This document shows, one piece after another, positions 1 through 13,092 of a DNA stretch of 64,000 nt (positions are counted from its first letter, which is position 1; every line of letters starts with the position of its first letter). The stretch is from Malacoraja senta (lineage: Eukaryota): contig CM075996.1 of assembly GCA_038087875.1 (NCBI GenBank), forward strand, positions 932,001-996,000. Reading direction: 5' to 3'. Under the pieces are notes generated by a model, which saw nothing but the letters and a program-made list of their open reading frames with translations, made no database searches and was not told the DNA's origin. The position numbers and the translations under genes were made by a program.

Positions 1-249
1 CTGTTGAACACTATATAACATTTGTATGTTTCACTGAGATCATCTCTCAGTCAGGCCTAATCTCCTCAATCTCTCCACGTATGCTAAACCTGACATCCCT
101 GGAATGAGTTTAATGAATCTTTGCTGCACTCTGTGTGGCAAGTACATCCTTTCTCAGATAAGAAGACCAAAGCTGTCTACAATATTCCAGGTGCTGTCTT
201 ATCAAGTCTCTATTTAATTAAAATAAGATAGCCTTACTCCAATTTTCAA

Positions 250-715
250 GTTTAAGTACAAGAATTGGGACGACATGCTGCAACTGTACAATACGCTAGT
301 GAAGGCACACTTGGAAAATTGTGTGCACATTTGGTCATCTAGATCCAGGAAGGACGTCCTTAAACTGGAAAGTGTGCAGAAAAGATTCACCAGGATTTTA
401 CTTGGGCAGGAGGGCTTGAGTTATAAGGAGCCACTAATTAGACAGGGTTTTTTTTTCCCTGGAGCATAGTGGGGAGTTGAATTTATATTTATAAAAGTAT
501 ATAAAATCATGAGGCAGATCTTTCTCCCAAGATAACAAAATTTAAAGCTTGAAAGCTTAAGTTCCAAGAGGAAAGATATGAAGGGGACCTAATGAGTAAC
601 GTTATAACACAGAAGGTGGTGGTTATATGGAACAAACTGCCATAGGAAGTGGAAGAGGGGGGTTGCAGTTACAATGTTTCAAATACATTTGGACAGATGT
701 ATGGAAGCTTTTACA
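250..715 (+). mobile_element. Degenerate CR1-type LINE 3' fragment
   Basis: ORF 275..469 LQLYNTLVKAHLENCVHIWS...LESVQKRFTRIL resembles the CR1 ORF2 C-terminus (LVRPHLEYCVQFWSP...VQRRFTR). Confidence 0.7.
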
Positions 716-2289
716 TCAAGCTTAGGGAGTTGACATTAATTTAGCATCTTTTCTGAAAGACAGTATCCTAAACAATATTGAAACTCCTCAGTACTGGGAA
801 TTAAGCTAGAGTTTTATGCGAGAAACTTGACTCCAAAACCTTCAGGAGTGAGAATGCAACCCACTAAACCACTGATGCTAATTGGTTTAGTCAGAGATTT
901 TGTTCAAGAGATCATTCATTTGTTCACTCTTGTCAAGAGTTGTTTTATTTTAACTATTGATTATTCTTTCAGGGGAATCACTTGCTTCTCATTACACTCT
1001 CTGTCATATTCAAGCACCAGTCTAAAATTATACTACATTGAAAATAGTAGAGATTGGTGTCAATACGTTAGATTTTGTAACCAATGAGCAATATACTGAC
1101 TTCTGTGTTTCAGACATGGGTCAGTGGTTTCCACTTGTGCGACTGCATAGGAATGTTGTGGGCTCAAGACCCAATTAACAGAGAAATCCAGGATCATACT
1201 CCCAGAGCTGCCTTGAAGGTGCGTTGGAGGTGCTGTACTTTTGAATGAAGCATTGAATTAAAGAACACCTCAGATGTAAAAATGCCTCCGGAGAAGAACA
1301 AGCAGTATTTATCCTTCATACTAAAAAGAACGAGTCATTATTATCATCTTTGTTATTTCTGAGAGCTTATGTTAAAACTCGTAACCATGTTTCCTATGTT
1401 ATAAGTAACTACATTTCAAAAATTGTTTCACTTGATGTAAAGTGTTTCAGAACATTCTGAGGTTATGAAAGAGACGAAGAAATGTATTTTTTTAAAATAT
1501 TTTTATGATGTCTTTTGATGATCTCATTTTGCATAGAATACATTGAGAAATTATATGGGATTAAACTGATTTGAGAACATCACTTGGCTCAGAAAAGTTG
1601 ACACATGACAAGTTTATAAGAAATTTATCTCTAATTTTAAACAGTGACAAAAATATAGCCTTAGTCAACATTGATTTCCCCTCCCATTTTAGACCAGCTT
1701 CAGACTGCTGCAGTCTAAATAAACCCAAGGCTTTGGAAGTGAGAAGGAGAAACGTATAGGAAGCTTGTACCAGAGCAAGGAATTTATACCCAACTCTTCT
1801 AAATAAATTGGGGATTAGCTAGAGTATTGCCATCAATTATGGAACCCACATTTTTCCAGAAGGACGTTACCGAAATAATTCCAAGGCATTCAGTTTGGCA
1901 GAGTGACTGTTAAAGCTGAGGTTGTCCTTCTTGTAGCAGAGAGGATCTTCAAAAATCTTTCTGAATGGATTTTGATGAGAGTAAATGGGGAGAGATCAAT
2001 TCCAGTTGCAGGAGATAAGAGAAAACAGAGGAGATGAGAGTTTTTTTTAGTACAAGTCAACAGTGTTACTGTGAACTAGTGCAATGGAAGCAAATTAAAT
2101 TGGAAGTTCTGAGCGGGAACGGGATAAATGGTGTAGAGGGGAGAGGAAATTGACAGGACTGGGTTAAAAGCAAGACTCGTATCCTCAAAATGGAAGTGGT
2201 GAAAGAGGGAAAATTACAAAAGGTAGAATGGAATGGCCTCCTTTAGGTTTGAAAATTTTAAACAATTAGGAAAGCAATTGATAAAATTG

Positions 2290-2840
2290 GCCTTCGCTGC
2301 AAGGACCTTGGACCACATCTGGGCATAATCTGGAGAGATTACATCTGGATTATAGTATGGAGTTTTAGTCATTCTTTTTAAGAAAGGACACACCTATTGC
2401 ACAAATGGTACAATGATGGTATAGGATTAATTTGGGAAGAGGGGAGGGGGAGGAGGAGTTGTCCTGCAAGGAAAGATTGAGCAAGGCACCAAGACTCATG
2501 GAAGTCTGGAAATATGTGAGGTGGTACAAGATTCCCAAATGGATTGACACAGGTTTCCTCAGGCTGGATGATCTAAAACATGGTCATAGTCTCACCAAAT
2601 CAAAGTGGAAAGATTTATTTCCTCAAATGATTGAGAGAGTTTGGAATTTTCTATCCCAGAGGCTATGGATGTTCAGCGAACAGCTATTCAAGATTGAGAT
2701 TAAAAGATATTTGGACACTAAGGTAATCAGAGGATATGGGGATCAGCAGGAAAGTGGACTCAAAGCAAATGCCGTTAAATGGGATTAACATAGAGGTACA
2801 CAAGGCAGCATGGACATGGTAGGCTGAAAAGCCTGTTTTA
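2290..2840 (+). mobile_element. Degenerate CR1-type LINE 3' fragment
   Basis: ORF 2432..2788 has GHSL...RVWNFL...FKIEIKRYLDTKVIRGYG, matching the CR1 C-terminus seen in younger copies. Confidence 0.6.
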
Positions 2841-3266
2841 TGACTCTATATAGAGCACAAACAAGCTGTTTGGCCCAGCACACCATGCTGGTATTTATGG
2901 CCTACTCGAGCTTCCTACCACCTTTCCTTGTCCTTTCAAGCAATCACAACAACCCTCTTTTCCCTTCACTGAATATATTCAAAGCTGAGACCGAGGGTTT
3001 TCAGACACTAATGGAACAAGAGGATGTTGAGCAAGAAAATGAAGATATCGTTGAAGTAATAGTCGTGATCTTTTGAGGTTTTGAGATGCTGAATGCCGAT
3101 CCTTCTATTTCTTGGGACTTTTTGCAGAAAGTGGTGTTAAATAATGATTCTACGAACATTTCAAGGAAGGTCAGAGATGAGGAATCAACAGACGCAAAGC
3201 ACTCAGCACAATCTAACGAAAGTCTTGTCCAAGCAGCACAAACAATGGCTTGTCTATCTTTATACA

Positions 3267-3272
3267 TTTATT
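3267..3272 (-). terminator. Candidate distal polyadenylation signal of SOX10 (would give a ~4.2 kb 3' UTR)
   Basis: Minus-strand AATAAA preceded by AU-rich unique sequence (3280-3420) and followed by a GU-rich tract (ttgtttgtgctg). Alternative AATAAA at 7023-7028 and 7355-7360. Confidence 0.4.
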
Positions 3273-5938
3273 TTTTTTGAAAGCACAGTTACAACGTAAT
3301 AATCCTAGTAATAATAAAAACAAGCTATGGTACTCACACAATGTAAATATTCTATAATACAATTTCAGACCTGCACAACAGGGTATAAATACTCCAGTTT
3401 ACATCATTACCACAAGATGAGGATGGATTTGGACTGGCCATTGTTTTCCACGGAGTTGTGTCCTGCGACACGGTCTAGGTGAGTACTTGCCCCTCCCTCA
3501 GCCGAACAGGCTGGAATTCATTAATAACAGCTCTCAGGCAAACCTCCCCTGTCTTCATCGTCTCACCCTGATCATGCACCTTTGAGGAAACCAAAGGGCA
3601 GCATCTGTTTCCAGTTATTCCAGGAATATGGAAAGAAAGAACTCCCAGTGGGAAAACTACATTTCCCCCTTCTTTCCATGGAGTGCATTGGGTGGGGGAG
3701 GAGTTTGGGTATTTCCAAACCATCAGCCCAATATGCAAATATTAACAAATCATCCCTCCAGCCCACCCGTTGGAAAGAACCTTCTGACAGAGAGCGTTCC
3801 CTAACTTCCCTGGGCCCAACACCATGGGTGCAGAAATAGTAATAAATAATGTTAGAAATCCCGTGATATCATAGACCTGCTCCCCATCCCTTCCCTACCA
3901 CCCCCCCCCCCTCCCCTCCCACCTCCCCATTGAGGATCCGCTCGCAGATCCTCCCTCCCTCCCATTATCAGGACCCCATGCAGCCCTGAAATCTGCAGGA
4001 GGAAGCCTGCTTGGTATCTTTCGGAAAGCAAAAGCAGAAAAAAAGGGACAATAGGTTCTAGGCAAAAAGAATCCCTTAAAACAAAAAAAGATGGGCTTTT
4101 CAAAATCAAATCAAGATCTGAAAAATAAAATTCAATGTGCACATGCAGACACCAACACAAGATCGGGGTCCAATTGCCTCAATGAAACATCGTTCAGAGA
4201 TTTCAGCTTGCCTGTATCAATATTCCCTCAAATTGGATAAAGAAATATATACACTGATCCTGAAATTTGCCCTGCTCTCTCCTTTTCCCCAAACATACTT
4301 GGTAGTTCATCCAAGTGGCCATTCTTTCCATTTGAACTGAGGCTACGAACATCTGCAGTGCAGCACCAACCATAGCACCGCAAAACCAAATTTGGAGGAG
4401 AGAAGATCCAGACCCATTTCAAACCCCTCTGCATAATGGCAGACTTTGGTTATGAGGAGAGCCTGGAGAATGTAGGGTTCTTCAGAGCAGAGAAGGTTAT
4501 GAGGAGATTTGATAGAGGCACTCAGAACGAAGAGCTTTTTCCAATGGCAGGAATAATAGGAATGAAATGGGACAAGTTAAAGATGACAGAGCAAACCATT
4601 AGTGGGCAGTTGGAAATATTATTTTTTTCCCCACTTCCATGCAGCAAGTTGTTGTAATCTGGTACACACTGTCTGAAAAGACAACTGAACCAGTTTTATT
4701 AATGAATTGCATAAATACCTGCCATAGGAAACACTTGCAAGATCATGAAATATGAACTTACAAACGTGTGGGACTAATTGAAAGGCTCTTTCGGAGAGCT
4801 TTACACACTGAATAGGTTTCTCCTGTAATATGAGCATTTAAATTCTTCCACATATCAGCCTGAAGCACTTGGAGATGTATCCAGCTGAGTTCATCCAATT
4901 CAATGCCAAACCAAAGGTTGGAATTATAAGGGATCTGTCTTGGTGATGGTTATCAATGATTATTCCCATTCCTTAGAGAGCTACCCCAATGAGGACGAGG
5001 TCCCAAAAACAATTGATCAGTAACCTTCACCAAAACACCAATATCGATCTCTGTCACAGGTTCCAAATGGCTGCCAAAAGTGTAGGGATTGAGGCGAGAA
5101 GAATGCTGCCATTAAAATTAGGATAATTAAATAAAATATATGCAACAAAATAAGCAACAATGTTCCTTAAAAGCTACAACAAATATATATCCCTTACCAC
5201 AACTGCCAAGATTTCCAACCATTGGACCATGGGGGCAACCAGCACAGTCCCCATAGCAATGGTAATCTGGTCTAATTCTTGTACAGTTATGGAGTGGAAG
5301 AAGCTTAGTCTGATTTGTCCCACTTGTTGGAAAAGAGGGCACCCATTTTGAGGAACTGCTCAAAGTTTCTCTTTAAGATCTATGGGCTAGGGATACATGG
5401 CCTATTCTAATAAGCCCCAAGGGCAGTTCAGCAGGAGGGGGAGAACCAACAATTTTTTAACATTATTTCTGCTTTTTCCAATTCCACAAATGACTTCTGG
5501 GAGGCAAGCTAGAAAATTGACAGGTTGAGCAATATAATTAGAGGTGGATCAACAAATTCTAGCCGAAGCTACCTTGAGCCGAGTCCTACATTCATTCAAC
5601 TCTGGCAAGGTTGACATTTATTGCCCATCCCAATAGAAGTATAACTTTAAGTCAACATTTGGTGCGGAGCTGAAGTCACTTAAGCAGCAGACTTCGAGCC
5701 CCAAAAGGCAGATTGATGTTAAAAACAAAACTCACACAGATTATTTCATGATCACTGAAATAAACTTTATATTTCAGTTTCTCAAAATCAGCATGGTAGG
5801 ATTTGAGCTCTCAATCTTTCGGTCATTAATCCAAAATCACTTTACGTATATATTTTAAAAAGTGTTAAATAAATTAAGGAGTGCTTTGTTCAACTTGTGA
5901 AGGTTCTACATGCCTCCCTGCACTTAGCTTCTCAAAGA

Positions 5939-6034
5939 AGGTACACAAAAATGCTGGAGAAACTCAGCGGGTACAGCAGCATCTATGCAGCGAAGGAGAT
6001 AGGCAACGTTTCGGGCCGAAACCCTTCTTCAGAC
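5939..6034 (-). mobile_element. Penelope-like terminal-repeat fragment with minimal hammerhead ribozyme core
   Basis: Matches the terminus of the GIY-YIG element at 60380-60815; flanked by direct repeat CTCAAAGA (5931-5938, 6035-6042); minus strand reads CTGAAGA-A-GGGT-TTCG-GCCC-GAAACGTT. Confidence 0.75.
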
Positions 6035-6849
6035 CTCAAAGAGATGTGTGATCTGTTGTTTGCAACTAGATAATGACTCCAACTATTTGCGTCTCCACTT
6101 CACCAGATGTCACAGTACAAACCAGGTCTATTCTGGCCTAATCCAAAATGCCAAGAATCACAGAGTACCTTGTTACATTTTCCTCGGGGCCAATTGTTCG
6201 TCTTGATTCAACAAGTCTTGAATGTCAGTCAAAGAGGCTTCCTCCTCCATTTCCCACCCCATCTCCAATATTTGTGTGATAACAAAACTTACGAACAAAA
6301 AAATCCATATTGCTGTTTAAACATCCCTATAATGTTTCTCCCAGATTTGCTTAAAGCACTTGGGAGATCCACCTTCAGTCCTTGGGTTTACCAGGAAGGG
6401 TTGCCAAACCCAAGATAAGGCCTCCTGCAAGTCTTAAATGGCCAAGACTCCATCACAGGAGCGGGTTCTCACGGAGGCGAAACAAAAAACGGCTAAGCAA
6501 TAATCATCCGTTTACACCTAGCTAAAATGGGCAGTCAAACCTCCTCCACTCTCCACAAATTAACCAGAACAGACGGCATTGAATCTACAGGAAGGGTCTT
6601 GCTCTGTGCATTTTACACTGTGGATTCTGCTACACCTCGGAGACAAAATAAAGAGGCAGAAAGTCTCTTAAAACCTATGTACAGGTTATCCACCCCACCA
6701 GGTCGCCATGGCGAGCATACACAACACACACACACACACAATGTTAGCAATGGTGAACACTTTTCATGCCCCCTGGTTAAACCAAGCGGCAAGCCTGCGA
6801 GAGTTAAGCAGGTTAAGAAAACGAACTAAAACGACATTTACTCGCATGT

Positions 6850-8140
6850 TGAAGCAATAAAGCAGGCTTGAAGGGCTTCCCGGGTTGGAGCGTGGAGAGT
6901 TGGCGGTCCCTCAATCGGGCGGGGTGGACATGTTGAGCGGGTGACGGGGGAGAGAGGCTTCAGTTCCAGTCACCTCGCCCCCACGATCATCGACGCCTCG
7001 AGCACGATAGAAACGGTCTCTTTTTATTTTTTTTGTTTCATATTTGGAAAGCTTGTCTTTGTTTGTTAATTTTGCCAGAGACTTTATAGCGGGGAGGGGG
7101 GAAAAGAAGGGAGACCTTTGGCCGAACGTCTTCACATAACCGTCGCTTGAAGCGGGTGAGACGGACGAACATGGCGCCGGCCCGGCCTCGTCCCTCTTGT
7201 CCATGGGCGGGAAAAACTTCTGCTCCATCCAGACACGCGGGGGGAATATTCGCGAGCCGCTCGTCGGAACCGTACGTCCAGATTGTTATTGTGTATGTGT
7301 GTTTTGTTATTGTTGTTGTTGTTTAGTTGAAGTCGCGTCTTGTGGTGTTTCTGATTTATTTTTTCGTTGAATGCTTCAGGTGCAAAATAAAATGGCGGGC
7401 GGGATGGATGGATGGATGGTGATGGGGGTTGGTTTATGGGCGTGTGAGCGTCGTGTAAACGGGCTGCTCCCAATGGGTAGGGCTGCGGGACTGGGGCACC
7501 GACTGGGGGTCGCTGATGGACGTGTAGAGGGGGCGCTGAGAGGCGCCCATGTAGGAGAAGGCGGTGTAGAGTCCGGGGGTCTGGGCGGACGGGCTGTAGT
7601 AAGGGCCGGTGGCCTGGTGCTCGGGGTACTCGAACTGGGACCTGGTGATGCTGGGGAAGGCCGTGCCGTAGTGAGGGAGGCTGAGGGAAGTGTAAGTGAT
7701 CTGTGCCGAGGAGTGTTGCTGCTCCGAGTAATGGCTCGGATGGGACTGCTCTGTCTTGATCTGGGTTTTGGATTCGGCCGAGGCGGCGGACGGGCCCGAG
7801 GAAGCCGAGGAGCCAGCGTGTTGCTTGGAGATCCAGGCGGAATGGCCGCCGGCTAGTGCTCCCCCCAGCCCGTAGTTTCCACCATAAGCCCCCGGCGCCC
7901 AGGGCTTGCCCGTGGCTGGGATGCCCGTTGGGCGGCAGGTACTGGTCGAACTCATGGACATCGAAGGTCTCCATGTTGGACATAACGTCGTGGCTGAGAT
8001 CCCCGATGTCCATGTTGCCGAAATCGATGTGAGGTTTGCCTCCCTCTACCAACGGGCGTCCCTCCCGTTTCCCCTCAGCTTTTCCGGGCTGCATCTCTGT
8101 CTTGGGAGTGGTGGGGGGAGTTGGGGGGCCGTGGTTCTGG
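6850..8140. other. CpG/GC-rich island over the last SOX10 exon and proximal 3' UTR
   Basis: Visibly high GC and CpG density relative to the AT-rich flanks; not quantified. Confidence 0.55.
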
Positions 8141-8141
8141 C
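7434..8141 (-). CDS. SOX10: SOX10 last coding exon (K2 and C-terminal transactivation regions); apparent +1 frameshift near 7889-7893
   Basis: Acceptor cttcaacag|[21 protein letters not shown]...[10 protein letters not shown]...[10 protein letters not shown] is in one frame (ORF 7132..8187); GHSAWISK...[18 protein letters not shown]...[16 protein letters not shown] is in another (ORF 7434..7961). The exon is 708 nt, one more than 2+3n; the corrected CDS would encode 451 aa. Confidence 0.92.
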
Positions 8142-10052
8142 CTGTTGAAGAGAAGCAAATGAACAAAACCTTCAGACCCTGGAACAAAATATAGGGAAAT
8201 CAAGATGACATGCGAGCGGTTTGGAAATAATTCATGCTACATTTGTGCATAGTCCTGGTTGCACAAGAAGCATGCCAGGAAGAAAGAATTGGAGAAGGGT
8301 CAGAGCGTTACTCGGATTCCAGAAATTAGAGTTTAAACAACTTCTTGTATCTTCAGGAATTTAGGTTAACGGGTAATTTGATTAAGTCCCGAAGATCTAA
8401 TGGGGCACTGATGGTGCTGGTTGGAGAGTGAAAATTAGAGCCAAGCTTTACAGGGCAAAGATAAAAAATATATACATTTGGACCTCTTTCATGGACTATC
8501 GATGTTAGTTTAACTTTTCTGTCCTTTCTGTCCTAATTGCAACTTTTAATTCTCAGATTGATAGCTTATAACTAAATATATTAAAGGGAATGGGAAAGGT
8601 GGGTCAACAGTTCAGTCACAGTTCGGCCATTATTGAATAGGTTTGTGCAGCTCAGTTGCATCATAAGTGTGAAGAATGGGCAGATGTGTGGCAAATGTAG
8701 CTTCACACCACCTACATATTTATTTTATGTGGGACAACAAAATACTCAAGCATAAATATTTTTTAAGGCAAATCTAATGTATTTTTCGGAAAGAAAGTTA
8801 GTGAAGGGTGATTCATAATAGGAGGGAGATTAACGAGAACAAAATCCTCATTTGATACAAGGAGGATTCAAATAATGTCCAGAGCACTGGCAAAATGTCA
8901 CAGTTGGCAAAAGAAGAAGAATGGGCAACCCATTATGGAAACCATATTAAAGCAATGGAAAAAAAAGTAGTTTAGATTCACTGGATTCATACCAAGCGTC
9001 AACATTTTGGTCATAGTCAGGTACCTTGCAATAGTACCCAGCTTCCCAAAGTCTTTCACAAGGTACTAATAAGGAGCCTTTCACTTGTTTGTTTGAGGGC
9101 AGCTCCAACAACACAAAGTTGAACACCATCCAGGAAAGCAGACTCTTGATTGGTATCTCACCCACCAACCTAAACATGCAGTCTCTCTACTGCCAGCACA
9201 CAATGGTTGTAGTGTATTCAGTCCACAAAATTGCACTGCAGTTACTCACCTAAGCTACTCCAACATCACCTCCTAATTCAGTGACCTCTACTGCCAAGAA
9301 GGACAGAATAGCAGGCACAGGGAAAGACCATCAGCTAGCTGCAGGTTTCCCTTCAAGTACCATCCCGACTCAGAACTATCCTTGCTACATTGTTGCTGGG
9401 CCTAAATCCTGGAATTACCTATCCATCAGCAGATGGGAGAAGCAGTGCAAGACTCATCCACACTTTTTCAAGGGGCAGTTAGAGATGGGCAATAATTACT
9501 GGCCTTGCCAGGATGCCAACATTCCAAAAGTAAATTAAAAATAAAATCAACAGTGAAGGCAATTCAAGGTATAAAAATGTGAAGCAGCAAATTCTTTCAG
9601 CATCATAAGGTTTCTGCAGCTGAGTTAGTCACATTGAAAGAGGGAATTTAACAAATGTCACTGTATACAACAGTAGAGAAATTTGCATGGGGTGAGAGTT
9701 GAGACTACCATGGAGCTAGGACCATGAGCCAAATGCTCTCCATATAAGAAAGACTAAATTTATATTCATTGACAAGTGTCCTTAACTTTACCACAAATAA
9801 GATGTCACTTTTCATGACAAATATTAGAATGTTTGATGGCTCGCTATACCTTCACGGTTGGGCAGGCAATAGAAATAAATTAAATATTGGGTGTACAGTC
9901 TTCAGATGGGCCATAAATGCCAAGAAGAGATTGATGCTCCTACCCTCAGGACCTTGACTGCTTGTAATAATTCGTGACCAGTGCAGGTTTTTAAAGAATC
10001 AGGTTCAGGAATATGGCCAGAGCCATAGTAACACCAAAACAGAAAGCATCAC

Positions 10053-10309
10053 CTGTGTGCTCACCATTGCCCTCTGCAAGTGGGGAGCCCCCAGCTGTGC
10101 GCCCACGGTCTTGAGGCACAGCTTTGTAGTGGGGCTGGACAGAGGAGAGGTGGCTGTCCTCTGGGTGGGCATCAGCATCACCTTGGCCAGGTTTCATGTT
10201 CTTTCGTCGACGTGGCTGGTACTTGTAATCAGGGTGGTCTTTCTTATGCTGGGATCGCAGTCGTTCTGCCTCTTCCACAAAGGGTCTTTTATCGTTCTCA
10301 TTTAGTAAC
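10053..10309 (-). CDS. SOX10: SOX10 second coding exon (C-terminal half of HMG box)
   Basis: Acceptor tgctgcag|[46 protein letters not shown]; donor ACA G|gtgatg (phase 1); 257 nt, phase-compatible with both neighbouring exons. Confidence 0.95.
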
Positions 10310-10519
10310 CTGCAGCAAACAGTGGAAAAGAAATAGTTTTGAGGCTCTTCAAGTAAGGCACGGGAGAATACCATTCAATACATTGTACATGCTGGCTTTA
10401 TGTTAGACTTGTCTCTTTTATCACATTTCACCTTGCTCTTTCCTATTACCACTGAAATTGTCTCTCCAAATACTTGTGCATGTTGAAACCATGAGGAACA
10501 AGTGGTTTGCACTTTTAGC

Positions 10520-10745
10520 AATCAAAATGTTCTGGTTTCAAATCTCACTCCTGAGGTTTGAGCACCATAATCCAGGCTAACACTTCTAGGAGTGGTGAGG
10601 GAGCACCGTAACATTGGAGGCGAGACATTAAACTGAGGACTTTTCTAACCTCTCAGATGTTTTGTCAAAAATCCTACGGCTGCTATTCAAAGAGCAGGAG
10701 TTCGCCTCCAACTTTTTTTGGGGACAATAAGTGTCACGAATATTC
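10520..10745 (+). mobile_element. Degenerate Deu-SINE/SacSINE-like fragment (similar relics near 1140-1460, 11455-11710, 13095-13330, 17555-17790, 23480-23610 and 39860-39950)
   Basis: ttgagcaccataatccaggctaacact...gagggagcac...ttggagg...gagacattaaactgagg motif shared among these sites; family assignment is from recollection of the consensus, not an alignment. Confidence 0.45.
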
Positions 10746-12859
10746 TACAATAGTGATTTAGAATATGTTGAAATTTGATGTAGAAATGCAGGTCCTTTGT
10801 TCCACTTTCACCGGCCTTTCAGTTAGTAGACTTCACTGACACCATCATCCTCTTCACCCTCTGTCTCCACTACCCCCCCCCCCCCCCAGTTATATTGTGT
10901 AAATAAAAGACAGGACTCCTTCAGTAAGAGTAATATTCATGTTGTTCTTACAGATCAGTTTAAAATGGGTCCATTTTGATATTATAAATGAGGAGAAGCA
11001 TTTGCCAATGGCAGGAGTTAGGAAATATACGGATTTAGGGAAACTGGCAGAAGAAACAGCCTGGAAGACGAAGAGAAATATTTTCATTCAACAAGTTGTA
11101 GTGATCTGAAATACATTGCAAGCAGTTGAATCGGAACTTGCAAAAGGGAACTTGGATGAATAACTGAAAAGAAAATAAACATGACTGTAGGGAAAGATCA
11201 GGAAAATGGGCTAAATTAAGGAGTTTTTTTAAAATGGGGCAATTCCGACATGATGGGCTGAACAACCTTCTGTGATCCCAGTTATACAGTGCACCTCCCT
11301 TCTCTTTCAGAAAATGATTACTATTTTACATGCGCGCAACAAAGAAAATGCAGTGGGACAGACAGTTGTCAGAATTCAAGGACCAACTCTTCTGATTCCC
11401 ATTAGTATCAAAGAGTAGGGTTGCAACCCGAACAAGAAGCAGGAGAATCTTTAATCTGAGCTGTGGCTCACGTCAGAAGATGGCATGTTTAATTCACCAC
11501 ATGATACTGCACTGCTGGAGTGCCCTGCTCTGGAGGAGACACCAATCCAAGGCTTGGTTTGGTTGTAAATTAAATATTCTGGAGTGCCATTTTAAATAGC
11601 TGGGCAGTTCTCACTGTCCTGGCCAACTTTTATTCTTCAGCCAACTTCACTAGAAGGGGTTACCTAATCATTCTATTTTTTGATCTTGCCGAGCATAAAT
11701 TGAATGGTTCAATAGTTTCTTTACTATCACGTGTACCAATGTACAGTGAAATACCTTTTTTGCCTACAGCTCAGCAAGACTATCACCATACATAAGCACC
11801 ATCCCTAGTCTGCAGCATTTCAAACATTAATACTGACTAGACTTAAAGAAATACTTCAGACAATTAATGCAAGCTGTCCTCCTAACTCAAACATTTAGCC
11901 TAGATTCAGGCCAGGCCTAGTACCCAAGACCATGGGTTGTAATTCAGACCAGGAGCACACCCAACAAGTTACTCAGAATGATCTCATACACATTGGAATT
12001 AAGCATTATTAAAGCTACATAACCAAACTTCCTGAAACTGGGTGGGTTAGGCCAGCCCAGTTTTGCCTGGTAGACAATATAAACAGTGAGCTACATAGGA
12101 AGGTCTGTGTTATCCAAAAGGGCAATGTGGCTAATGCAAGGAACATGTTCATTTAGGAAATTTCACAAAATAGTCTATTTATATCCACAAGAAGGTAGAC
12201 ACCTCCCACACTCACTGGAGTTTCTGAGATCCTCTAGGTGAGAGTGATAGCAAAACAACGACGAGGGCCCCAGAGTCCTCGTTCCATCAGATCCATCCTA
12301 GTTCCTTCTTACTCAGGAAGATTAACTTCACCATTTGGTATTTCCAACCTTTAAGAAGTCTCTCCCTCTCCGAGATGCAGACACCAGTGTCTCCCTTTAC
12401 ACTCTCCTGGAAATAAATAATGTACTGATTGGATTCTTGGTCTTTCTCTTGGGGAAATATCTGTACATTGATAGCTGTCTCTCAGACCCTTTAATTCAGG
12501 AATTTACAATGCCATTAATAATTTAGCTAATGTACAAGTAAGCAACATTAAATCCAATTTTGATGCATGTGAGAACGATCCACGGGTTATTCAATGAGGA
12601 GAAACAACCAAGAGGAGAAGACGGGGTAAATAGGTGTGACAACAGTAGAGACAGGGAAGTTGTAAGAATGTTCTTAAAATGCTTAAGGAACTGCAGATTA
12701 GAGGAAGTGTACTGTGGTGGTTAAATAATCTGATAATTGAAACGAGACGAGAGAACGATAAAGGCGACCAAGAGTGGAGCGGAAACTATAACAGAGGACA
12801 GACCAACTCTTCACCTATGTACTTAGAATGATTTAAAAAGAAAAGCGATTTGTACAATA

Positions 12860-13092
12860 CAGAGAGTGGTGAATCTGTGGAATTCTCTGCCACAGAAGGT
12901 AGTTGAGGCCAGTTCATTGGCTATATTTAAGAGGGAGTTAGATGTGGCCCTTGTGGCTAAAGGGATCAGGGGGTATGGAGAGAAGGCAGGGATGGGATAC
13001 TGAGTTGGATGATCAGCCATGATCATATCAAATGGTGGTGCAGGCTCGAAGGGCCGAATGGCCTACTCCTGCACCTATTTTCTATGTTTCTA
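12860..13092 (+). mobile_element. Young CR1/HER1-like LINE 3' end inside the large SOX10 intron
   Basis: Near-identical to the 3' ends at 21280, 36300-36540, 43300 and 54750 (QRVVNLWNSLPQ...GIRGYGEKAG, then gaagggccgaatggcctactcctgcacc and a tttcta tail). Confidence 0.9.

Noticed and set aside
7371..8148. Plus-strand ORFs (161 aa, 80 aa) and similar ones opposite exons 1 and 2
   Set aside because: Antisense shadows of GC-rich coding sequence with no recognisable domains.
7132..8187. 351 aa ORF as an independent gene
   Set aside because: It is SOX10 exon 3 read through the frameshift; its N-terminus is intronic and its C-terminus is out-of-frame or UTR sequence.
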